A stretch of DNA of 28,682 nucleotides from IMG/VR virus record IMGVR_UViG_2671180357_000002, positions 1 to 28,682 of that record; one strand, written 5' to 3'. The position numbers and the translations under genes are program-made. The notes beneath the pieces are model-generated. The model was given only the letters and a program-made list of their open reading frames with translations, was not told where the DNA came from and ran no database searches. Origin of the DNA: a virus. Lineage: Duplodnaviria; Heunggongvirae; Uroviricota; Caudoviricetes. Positions 14,951 to 22,405 of this stretch are shown piece by piece (positions within the stretch are counted from its first letter, which is position 1; the number at the start of each line of letters is the position of its first letter).

Positions 14951-15229
14951 TCAATCGAGGCGTTTTAGAATATCGGCCAGATCTTCTTTGGTCATACCCG
15001 AGTTTTCGTAAATCTTCATGACCTTTTCACGAGCCTTTGCAGTAGTCTCTAATGACGTAGCTATCTTATCAAAATCACCCATCGTCATATTGGACAGCAC
15101 CAGATTGATGATGTCTGCTTTTGACAGTTTTATGCTGCGTTCACGCAGTCGATTCTGAAAGGTCTCTAGTTTATCGTTTGCTTTTTCGGTTAACTTAACC
15201 TGGCAGTTAATAGCGCGTTTCTCGCTCAT
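14951..15229 (-). CDS. Hypothetical small protein (92 aa), translationally coupled to the helicase
   Basis: Start 2 nt after the helicase stop; K/E-rich; possibly a small DNA-binding protein (weak inference). Confidence 0.55.
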   Translation of the reverse strand: MSEKRAINCQVKLTEKANDKLETFQNRLRERSIKLSKADIINLVLSNMTMGDFDKIATSLETTAKAREKVMKIYENSGMTKEDLADILKRLD

Positions 15230-15231
15230 GC

Positions 15232-16791
15232 TTACTCTCTATCCAAAACAGTGAAATCGAATGTGCTGCCAACCGGCAAGACCCCCTCGGCAAACCCAGG
15301 CGTCGTGTCGATAATGTGTTTCCGCTCATATGAATGCGACATGAGGTATTTGTTGCTCACGTCGATGAAGTCGGTAATAAAGCACACGTTAGCCTGATTT
15401 TTCTTGGCTCGTAAGCCACGACCGACACGTTGTCTCATTTCAACTTCTGCTTTCCCGCCACCACCCAGAATCACCGCGCCTACGCTTGGAACGTCGACAC
15501 CAACATCCAGAATGGTTGAACCAATGAGAACATCTATCTTGCCTGCCGCCAGACTATTAAGTTTTGCTTGTCGGGTAGTCTGGTTTGATTCTCCGTAGAT
15601 GAAATCGACCTTGAGGCCACTCTCTTTCATCATTTCCATCAAGATCTGACCATGACGCTTCAGACGAACCAATGTCATACAGTTCAGACCGTGACTCTTG
15701 TACATTAGCGCTTCACGCACAATAGCTTCGTTGCGGCCCAGATTATAGACGATGCCTAACTGATAGGCTTTCTGGTAAGCCGTGCTCATTCCAACCCTAA
15801 AATTCAGGTGTTTTGAAGCAAGTTCGACTCTAATCCGCGCCTCATCTGGAGTGTACGCGATTTTATGATATAAAAAGTATGGTTTCGCTAAAATACCTCT
15901 GTCGATCAAATATTTCTCCGTTACTTTTATCTCGATGCGACCCGCAACGGCCATGAGACGCATATTTGCTTCAGTCGAATCCTTCATGAACGGCGTAGCT
16001 GTCAGCGCCAGACGGTAGTCGGCATTGGTACACAACCGGGCTATATCGTAGAAGTTTGAGCCGGATGATTCGTGCGCTTCTTCCAGAATCAGCAGAGAAA
16101 CGCTGGACAGGAAGCGCTTAACCAATTCCCGGCGTTTCAGGTGATACTGTTTTTTCTCTGGAGATGCGTCGCGCGACGGCTCTTCGAGAAAACTAACAAG
16201 GGTCTGAACCGTGGCAACGTTGATATGGCGCGATACCTGGAACTCACCAGATCCAATCACCCCAACTTTCTGACCTTTCAGCCACGGCTCGCCATTCTTC
16301 GCGCGGTAGTCGATGGATTTCTGGAAGTTCTCTGCCATCTGGAACATCAGAACCGATCGCGTGGTTAAAAACAGCGTCATACGACCAATGCGAGCAGCAG
16401 CCTTACACGCTACGTTCGATTTACCGCCACCCGTCGCAATCTGGGCAATCATCATCCCTTCGCGCACCAGTGTTTCCACTGTCTGATCCTGATACGCGTA
16501 GTCCGGGTTATACGGGAATGGGTTAACCACCGGATTCGGCTTACCCAGCGCGGGAGCTTTTTCCTTGCGAACATGCACGCATTTGATGCCAGCTTTCAGA
16601 AGATTGGTCGCAACTGGCTTCGCAAACCCAGCCGGGAACGCGTTTTTACTCCAGTTGAACATCGTGCTGGTCCCTTTCCAGTCACCAGCCTCCACTTCAT
16701 AGCTCAACATCTCCTGAACAAGCCGTTTCACGTTGTCATCAGCGCCAGAAATCAGCGCATTGACTGCATTTGATACAATCCGAACAGTCAT
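15232..16791 (-). CDS. Superfamily 2 DEAD/DEAH-type helicase with ~100-aa N-terminal extension
   Basis: Motif I IATGGGKS, motif II LILEEAHES, motif III LTATPF, motif VI QRVGRGLR; strong SD AAGGAAAGAGG upstream. Confidence 0.85.
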   Translation of the reverse strand: MTVRIVSNAVNALISGADDNVKRLVQEMLSYEVEAGDWKGTSTMFNWSKNAFPAGFAKPVATNLLKAGIKCVHVRKEKAPALGKPNPVVNPFPYNPDYAYQDQTVETLVREGMMIAQIATGGGKSNVACKAAARIGRMTLFLTTRSVLMFQMAENFQKSIDYRAKNGEPWLKGQKVGVIGSGEFQVSRHINVATVQTLVSFLEEPSRDASPEKKQYHLKRRELVKRFLSSVSLLILEEAHESSGSNFYDIARLCTNADYRLALTATPFMKDSTEANMRLMAVAGRIEIKVTEKYLIDRGILAKPYFLYHKIAYTPDEARIRVELASKHLNFRVGMSTAYQKAYQLGIVYNLGRNEAIVREALMYKSHGLNCMTLVRLKRHGQILMEMMKESGLKVDFIYGESNQTTRQAKLNSLAAGKIDVLIGSTILDVGVDVPSVGAVILGGGGKAEVEMRQRVGRGLRAKKNQANVCFITDFIDVSNKYLMSHSYERKHIIDTTPGFAEGVLPVGSTFDFTVLDRE

Positions 16792-16840
16792 AAACCTCTT
16801 TCCTTCGTGCCTTTTGTATGGTAATTGGCTATTATGTTAA

Positions 16841-16852
16841 GTAAGTGCTTAC
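16841..16852. promoter_or_regulatory. Palindrome GTAAGTGCTTAC in the divergent promoter region between the helicase operon and the late operon
   Basis: One-mismatch variant of GTAAGTACTTAC. Confidence 0.4.
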
Positions 16853-16855
16853 ACA

Positions 16856-17554
16856 ATGTATTGTATCAAAAATATGGGTGTGAAAATTACGATTCTACAG
16901 GTGGAAGTCGCGAACCTGCGTCCGAACCCCTGGAATACCAACTCCGTTGGGGCGCAAAACTTCGAAAAACTGAAAGGTTCCATCGAAAAGTTGGGCTTTT
17001 TTAAGCCAATTCTGGCGCGAGAGCTGGACGGCGGCATTTTTGAAATTCTCGGTGGCGAACATCGCTGGCGTGCCGCGATGGAGCAGGGCATTTCAACGGT
17101 TCCCGTCATCTCCGTGGGCAAAATTAACGACCTGGTGGCCAAACAGATGTCCCTCGTCGACAACGAGCGCTACGGCGAAGACGATCAGGTCGCTTTGCAG
17201 CGCTTAATCGAAGAAATCCAGTCTGAAATCGACTACCGGTTGTCCGATATCGCCCCGTATGACGACGAAATGGCGGCAACGCTCGCCAAAGCATCCGTTA
17301 TCGATCTTGAAGCGCTGGAAGCGCTCTCCCGCGGCGATGACGAGCCGATCGGTGAGGACAAACGCGAGAAAATCGAGCGAGTCGGTGCTGAACACCAGAC
17401 GATGCGCTTCAAAGTGACGTTCGATGCGTCAGATCGCGTCGCCGATACCATCAAAACCATCATCAAAGAGCAGGGAATCAATACCGGTAACGAAATGGAG
17501 AACGCCGGGGAAGCCTTGGTGTGGCTGGTCGACTACTACAAGGAGCGTATGTAA
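16856..17554 (+). CDS. ParB/Srx-fold (ParB N-terminal nuclease-like domain) protein 1
   Basis: LRPNPWN ... LKGSIEKLGFFKPILAR ... ILGGEHRWRAA match the ParB N-domain signature; start could be ATG 16874. Confidence 0.8.
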   Translation: MYCIKNMGVKITILQVEVANLRPNPWNTNSVGAQNFEKLKGSIEKLGFFKPILARELDGGIFEILGGEHRWRAAMEQGISTVPVISVGKINDLVAKQMSLVDNERYGEDDQVALQRLIEEIQSEIDYRLSDIAPYDDEMAATLAKASVIDLEALEALSRGDDEPIGEDKREKIERVGAEHQTMRFKVTFDASDRVADTIKTIIKEQGINTGNEMENAGEALVWLVDYYKERM

Positions 17555-18222
17555 TGACCAAGAACTTTGAAATCGTATATCGAAACCCGGCAGAACTTAT
17601 CCCGTATGAGATGAACGCCAAAAAACATGACGAACAGCAGATCCGCGACCTGGCGGCTGCCATCAAAAAGCGCGGTTTTGACCAGCCGATCACGGTCGAC
17701 AAGCACGACGTCATCATTACTGGTCACGGTCGTCGCGAGGCGGCACTTCTGGCTGGTCTGGAGCGTGTGCCTGTCATCGTTCGCGACGATCTGAGCGAAG
17801 AAGAAGTGAAGGCGAAGCGTCTTGAAGACAACCGCCTGGCCAGTATTGACTACGACGCCATCAAATTGCAGCAGGAACTGGAGTCCCTGGTGCTGGGTGA
17901 CGTTGAGGTCTTTGGTTTTGAAGAGCGAGAGCTGAACGTGCTTGTTGGCAGCATGACCGAAGAGATGGAAACAGGCTCTCTGGTGCTCGATCTGGGTGAA
18001 GAGACGGAACGCCAGAAAGAAGAGCACACCGAGATCAGTCGCGAAGTGGCCTCTGAAGAAGTCCGAGTCATCGACGTATTGGGCTTTAAAACGCTCCCTG
18101 CTGGCTCTGCCATTGTGGTTGGGGATTTGCTTGCCCACATGGAAGAAATTACGGGAGAAAGCGGGGTAGACGCTTTCGTGGCGTATGCGGAGAAAGTTTC
18201 CTCTGGGGAGCTGGCTGCATGA
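17554..18222 (+). CDS. ParB/Srx-fold (ParB N-terminal nuclease-like domain) protein 2
   Basis: NPAELIPYEMNAKKHDEQQI ... ITGHGRREAA; ATG overlaps the upstream stop (TAATG); SD AGGAG at 17541-17545. Confidence 0.8.
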   Translation: MTKNFEIVYRNPAELIPYEMNAKKHDEQQIRDLAAAIKKRGFDQPITVDKHDVIITGHGRREAALLAGLERVPVIVRDDLSEEEVKAKRLEDNRLASIDYDAIKLQQELESLVLGDVEVFGFEERELNVLVGSMTEEMETGSLVLDLGEETERQKEEHTEISREVASEEVRVIDVLGFKTLPAGSAIVVGDLLAHMEEITGESGVDAFVAYAEKVSSGELAA

Positions 18223-18857
18223 GCAAATACACCATCAATGTATCGTTTCAGACTCGCGTGAACAAAACCACGCGCACGCTGGAGATTGCCGAATCGTTCG
18301 GTCTTGGCCTGGACGAAAAAGAGTGGACGCTTTACGACAATCTGGAGCTGGAAGTGAAGCAGGGCGATGTGGTGTACATCACCGGCCAATCCGGTTCAGG
18401 TAAATCTGTTGTTCTGCGCGAGCTACAACGCCAGATGAAAGATGAAGGGCTTTCTGTGGCCTCCATCGATAATTTTAATTTCGACAATGAGGTTAACGTC
18501 ATCGACCAGCTGGGCAAAACCACCAGTGAAGCGCTGGGCTTGCTGTCTATGGCCGGATTGAATGACGCCTATCTTTTTGTGCGCAAGCCATCCGAGATGT
18601 CTGACGGCCAGAAATACCGTCTCAAGATCGCCAAGCTGATCGAGTCCGGCGCCAAAGTCTGGGCAGCAGACGAATTTGGTGCTGTTCTCGACCGGGTAAC
18701 CGCTCAGGTTGTGGCGTCAAACCTCCAACGTGCTGCTCGTAAGGTCGGCGCAACGGTAATGGTGGCGACGACCCACGAAGATCTGAAGAACGCGCTGCGC
18801 CCGGATATGCAGATCACCAAGCACTACAAAGAACGTGTGAAGGTGGAATATGCCTGA
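18219..18857 (+). CDS. Minimal ABC-type ATPase (nucleotide-binding domain only)
   Basis: Walker A GQSGSGKS, signature-like MSDGQKYR, Walker B VWAADEF, H-loop ATTHE; start overlaps the upstream stop (ATGA). Confidence 0.8.
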   Translation: MSKYTINVSFQTRVNKTTRTLEIAESFGLGLDEKEWTLYDNLELEVKQGDVVYITGQSGSGKSVVLRELQRQMKDEGLSVASIDNFNFDNEVNVIDQLGKTTSEALGLLSMAGLNDAYLFVRKPSEMSDGQKYRLKIAKLIESGAKVWAADEFGAVLDRVTAQVVASNLQRAARKVGATVMVATTHEDLKNALRPDMQITKHYKERVKVEYA

Positions 18858-19104
18858 TTTGAAGATCGTAGAGCTGAAGCCATCGAAAGAGACTGACAAC
18901 AACAACGTTGAAGTCATCCGCCTGCTGGAAGAAGCACTCCAGTACGCAAGAGAAGGCAAAAGTCAGAGCCTGGCTCTGCTGATGATCGACAACGACGGCA
19001 ATGTTATGGATTGCTGGCATAACGGTGGGCGTCCATACGTCATGGTTGGGGCGATGGAATCGCTTCGCCTGGACTTCATCAATGCCAATATCGAGCGCAG
19101 GTGA
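18850..19104 (+). CDS. Hypothetical small protein (84 aa)
   Basis: SD AAGGTGG; overlaps the ATPase stop; same-strand coupled operon. Confidence 0.55.
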   Translation: MPDLKIVELKPSKETDNNNVEVIRLLEEALQYAREGKSQSLALLMIDNDGNVMDCWHNGGRPYVMVGAMESLRLDFINANIERR

Positions 19105-19109
19105 TCGAC

Positions 19110-20000
19110 ATGACAGGCATCATCATCAAACGCTACCGCCCGGAAGAGTTCCCGCGTCATCTGGACTTTCTGGAGCGTATGACCGTTACCAAAGGCACGG
19201 TTGAAGACTGGCACGCGCTGAAGTCGCTGCACTACAAGACGGATGGTAAGCCGTTCGCGCCAACGTATTATCGCTGCGAACTGGACGACCGGCTGGTGGG
19301 CGTCGTGGTTATGGCTTACCCGAAACTGCTGCTGGCGCCTCGCCATCGCATGTTTCCTAAGCTGAAGCCAACCACCAATACCACCGTGGCCAACCAGTAT
19401 TGGGGCCGGTACGTGAACAACAACTTTGCCGTGATCAGCCGTTCCGTTGTTGACACTCAGTACCGCGGTGTCGGCGTCTCCTATCGAATGATTAACCTGG
19501 TTAGCAGGATGCACGACCGGCCAATCATCGAGATCCAGTCGTCGATGAGCAAATACAACCCGTTCGCCATGAAAGCAGGGTTCCAATTCATCCGTCCGGA
19601 GCGTCCGAAGAGCTATGAGAGTGCGTTGCGCGTCTTCCAGCGTCATTTCCGTTCTGACCCTGGCGACAACGAAGCGATCGTCAAAGAGCTGTTCGCCATG
19701 AGTGAGTCTCGCCGTCGTCGTGCGCTGCGTGATCTGGTCGCTGACTACCACAAGAACAGTTCCCTGGCCAAAGCCGGGCGTAATCGTGGCACGACGATTC
19801 AGGACATTGCCGACAGCCTGGTGGACGAGGCCAGCATCGTGAAGCTGCTCAAGGACATTCACAACCTGAGCTTCACGTCTCCGCTGTATGGCGTGTACCG
19901 AAACCCGGACTTTGGTCGTCAGCTGCCGGACACGCTGCCACTGCTGGCATTCGACAAACAGCCTTTGAATAAACCTCTTGAAATTGCATTACCGGCATAA
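19110..20000 (+). CDS. Hypothetical protein with GNAT-like acetyltransferase motif
   Basis: NNFAVISRSVVDTQYRGVGVSYRMINLV resembles GNAT motif A; ATG 19110 lies 5 nt after AGGTGA. Preferred over the 299-aa antisense ORF 18963-19862. Confidence 0.55.
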   Translation: MTGIIIKRYRPEEFPRHLDFLERMTVTKGTVEDWHALKSLHYKTDGKPFAPTYYRCELDDRLVGVVVMAYPKLLLAPRHRMFPKLKPTTNTTVANQYWGRYVNNNFAVISRSVVDTQYRGVGVSYRMINLVSRMHDRPIIEIQSSMSKYNPFAMKAGFQFIRPERPKSYESALRVFQRHFRSDPGDNEAIVKELFAMSESRRRRALRDLVADYHKNSSLAKAGRNRGTTIQDIADSLVDEASIVKLLKDIHNLSFTSPLYGVYRNPDFGRQLPDTLPLLAFDKQPLNKPLEIALPA

Positions 20001-20009
20001 GGATTTGCC

Positions 20010-20276
20010 ATGACGTTGACCGACAAACAAAAAGACATCATCAAAACCATCAATTTAGGCCATGAGCGTGGGCATCTGCTCGATCTGGACGAGCTGCTTG
20101 AAGTGCTGCCGTACAAAACGACCAAACAGAGTATGCAGTTCTCTATCCGCGCACTGGTGAAAAAGGGGCTGGTGGAGAAAGGAATGTGCCGCCAGCGCGG
20201 TGATTCCGGCTACCACCGTCGCACGCTGGGACTGACCACGTTAGGTCGTGCCAGAGCCAAATTACTGGTGATGTAA
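20010..20276 (+). CDS. Hypothetical small protein (88 aa), possible winged-helix DNA-binding protein
   Basis: SD AAGGA 6 nt upstream; helix-rich with basic C-terminus (weak inference). Confidence 0.5.
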   Translation: MTLTDKQKDIIKTINLGHERGHLLDLDELLEVLPYKTTKQSMQFSIRALVKKGLVEKGMCRQRGDSGYHRRTLGLTTLGRARAKLLVM

Positions 20277-20301
20277 GTCGGTCTGGGAGCCAGTTTGAGA
20301 G

Positions 20302-20356
20302 CCTGCTTCCGTATATATAAATACTAAGTGACTTATTAAATATATACGGAAGCAGG
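20302..20356. repeat. 16-bp perfect inverted repeat CCTGCTTCCGTATATA / TATATACGGAAGCAGG with 23-nt AT-rich loop
   Basis: Arms at 20302-20317 and 20341-20356; lies between the 88-aa gene and the small terminase gene; no T-run. Confidence 0.8.
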
Positions 20357-20393
20357 TTCTGAATACTCCCCAGCCCGGTTTTAAACACCCAGA

Positions 20394-20437
20394 AAACAAA
20401 TTGGTTAGGCACTGAATTAAACAAGTTGTTTAGGAGC
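20394..20437 (+). promoter_or_regulatory. Two cassette-type palindromes (AAACAAATTGGTT and AAACAAGTTGTTTA) + AGGAG upstream of the small terminase gene
   Basis: Same motif family as the early-gene cassettes. Confidence 0.45.
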
Positions 20438-20471
20438 GCAAGGATGCGCTCTGAGTGTTTTAGAGGGATCT

Positions 20472-21113
20472 ATGACTGTAGAAAAAGACGAGAGCAAAAC
20501 TCGCCTGACACCAGCTGAGTGGGCAGAAGCCGAAGCGAAGTGGACTTCCGGCGAATACACACTCTCCAGGCTGGAGGAAGAGTACGGCATTCGTCGTGAA
20601 ACGCTCTCCAGACATTTCAAAAAGCGTGGATTAGAGAAAGGCGCGGACTCCGTTGGGAAGATGGTGCGCGAGTCGCTCAAATCCGACGCAGAGCTGCGTG
20701 CGAAGGCGCGTGCAGAGAAAATCGAAGAGCGCCGGACTCGTTACGACGATTGGGCGTTCGCACTCGGTCGTATGGTGATGCATGAGGTGGCCACAGCCAA
20801 GAAGGACGGCAGGCCACTGGCAGCCATCGAAGATGACCTGAAGAGTCTCCAGCGTGCCAGCGGCACACTCGCTAAGTGCTTCGAAATATCGTCGAAAGCG
20901 CTCGGTATGGATCGCGTGGAGAACGAGGACGACGAAATCCCGAACCTGGTATTTGGCGAACTTACGCCTTCCCAGGTGGCGCAGCTGCGTAAGGAAGATG
21001 ATGAGCCGGATCTGATTGATGACGATCTGCTTGAGTCACTCGAAGAGGAAGCACTGAGCGAAGCTGAGGGCGATTCTGAAGCGTCTGGTGATGAAAGTGA
21101 TGGGAGCGTCTGA
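20472..21113 (+). CDS. terS: Terminase small subunit (putative)
   Basis: Immediately upstream of the large terminase; N-terminal HTH-like segment (YGIRRETLSRHFKKRG); highly acidic C-terminal tail. Confidence 0.6.
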   Translation: MTVEKDESKTRLTPAEWAEAEAKWTSGEYTLSRLEEEYGIRRETLSRHFKKRGLEKGADSVGKMVRESLKSDAELRAKARAEKIEERRTRYDDWAFALGRMVMHEVATAKKDGRPLAAIEDDLKSLQRASGTLAKCFEISSKALGMDRVENEDDEIPNLVFGELTPSQVAQLRKEDDEPDLIDDDLLESLEEEALSEAEGDSEASGDESDGSV

Positions 21114-21115
21114 CT

Positions 21116-22372
21116 ATGGCCATCCCGTCGTCTCTGAGTCTCGTACAGCTGCATTCTGGGCAGATGCAAGTCTTCCAGTCGCCACATCGTTTCAAAGTGG
21201 TGTGTGCGGGTCGACGCTGGGGTAAATCCCGGTTGTCGATCTCCACCATCATCCGCGCGGCAGCCAAAGAGAAGAAGCAACGTGTCTGGTATGTCGCACC
21301 GACTTACCAGATGGCTCGCCAGATCTTGTGGGATGACCTGCAGGAAGTTCTGCCGCGCAAATGGGTTCGTAAGAAAAACGACACCACGATGACCATCGTG
21401 CTGAAGAACGGCTCTGAAATCGCGCTGAAAGGTGCGGATAAGCCCGATACGCTTCGTGGTGTGGCACTGCACTTTGTGGTGCTCGATGAATTTCAGGATA
21501 TGAAGCCTGACACCTGGTACAAGGTACTGCGTCCGACACTGTCCTCCACCCGTGGCGGTGCGCTGATCATCGGTACGCCAAAAGGCTTCTCCGAGTTCCA
21601 CAAGCTGTGGACTATCGGTCAGAACAAAGATTTGCAACGCAAGGGGCAGTGGAAGAGCTGGCAGTTCGTTACGGCCGATTCTCCGTTCGTACCGAGCGCG
21701 GAAATCGAAGCAGCGAAGAACGATATGGACCCTAAATCGTTCGCACAGGAATACCTGGCCAGCTTCGAAAACATGTCCGGACGCGTTTACTACCCGTTCG
21801 ACCGCAATGTGCATGTGAAGCCACTCCAGTTCAATCCGAAACTGCCGATCTGGGTTGGTCAGGACTTCAACATCGACCCTATGTCATCGGTCATCCTGCA
21901 ACCGCAGCCAAATGGTGAACTGTGGGCTGTGGACGAATTGGTGTTGTTCTCTTCTAACACGGCTGAAGTGTGTGACGAGCTGGAGCGTCGATACTGGCGC
22001 TGGAAATCTCAGGTCACTATCTTTCCTGACCCGGCAGGTGCGTATCGCCAGCACGCACGCGGCGAATCTGACGTCGACATCTTCAAAGAGAAAGGTTTCC
22101 TTCGAGTCGATTATCCGAAGAAGCACCCGCCGATCGCAGACCGTGTTAACGCAGTGAACCGCATGTTGATGAGTGCCTCGGGCGAAACCCGGTTGTACAT
22201 CGATCCGAAGTGCAAACACCTCATCGACTCGCTGGAGAAGGTGATCTACAAGCCAGGCTCACGCGATATGGATAAGACTGGCGGCATCGAACACAGTGCG
22301 GATGCGTTGGGTTATCCGGTTCATCGTAGGTATCCGGTGAAAAATCGTGTTATTCTTGGTGGATCTAGATAG
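21116..22372 (+). CDS. terL: Terminase large subunit
   Basis: Walker A VVCAGRRWGKS, Walker B HFVVLDEF; followed by portal, scaffold and capsid genes. Confidence 0.8.
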   Translation: MAIPSSLSLVQLHSGQMQVFQSPHRFKVVCAGRRWGKSRLSISTIIRAAAKEKKQRVWYVAPTYQMARQILWDDLQEVLPRKWVRKKNDTTMTIVLKNGSEIALKGADKPDTLRGVALHFVVLDEFQDMKPDTWYKVLRPTLSSTRGGALIIGTPKGFSEFHKLWTIGQNKDLQRKGQWKSWQFVTADSPFVPSAEIEAAKNDMDPKSFAQEYLASFENMSGRVYYPFDRNVHVKPLQFNPKLPIWVGQDFNIDPMSSVILQPQPNGELWAVDELVLFSSNTAEVCDELERRYWRWKSQVTIFPDPAGAYRQHARGESDVDIFKEKGFLRVDYPKKHPPIADRVNAVNRMLMSASGETRLYIDPKCKHLIDSLEKVIYKPGSRDMDKTGGIEHSADALGYPVHRRYPVKNRVILGGSR

Positions 22373-22386
22373 GTAAGTACTTACCT
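22371..22386. promoter_or_regulatory. 16-bp perfect palindrome AGGTAAGTACTTACCT between terminase and portal genes
   Basis: Perfect palindrome; same core as the promoter-spacer palindrome at 9815-9826. Confidence 0.5.
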
Positions 22387-22405
22387 GATCGGAAAGGAAA
22401 ATCAA

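Noticed and set aside
15404-16773. Plus-strand ORFs 15404-15598, 16072-16368 and 16573-16773
   Set aside because: Antisense to the helicase gene, which carries motifs I, II, III and VI.
16849-20125. Minus-strand ORFs across the late operon, including the 299-aa ORF 18963-19862
   Set aside because: Antisense to a contiguous translationally coupled plus-strand operon; the products are R/H/V/S-rich, typical of antisense frames in GC-richer coding DNA. The 299-aa antisense ORF was weighed against the GNAT-like plus-strand gene and rejected because the plus-strand gene fits the operon junctions and has an SD.
20444-20518. Short ORF starting at ATG 20444 after AGGAG (MRSECFRGIYDCRKRREQNSPDTS)
   Set aside because: Only 24 codons, overlaps the small terminase start in another frame; more likely the AGGAG belongs to the conserved leader motif than to a real micro-ORF.
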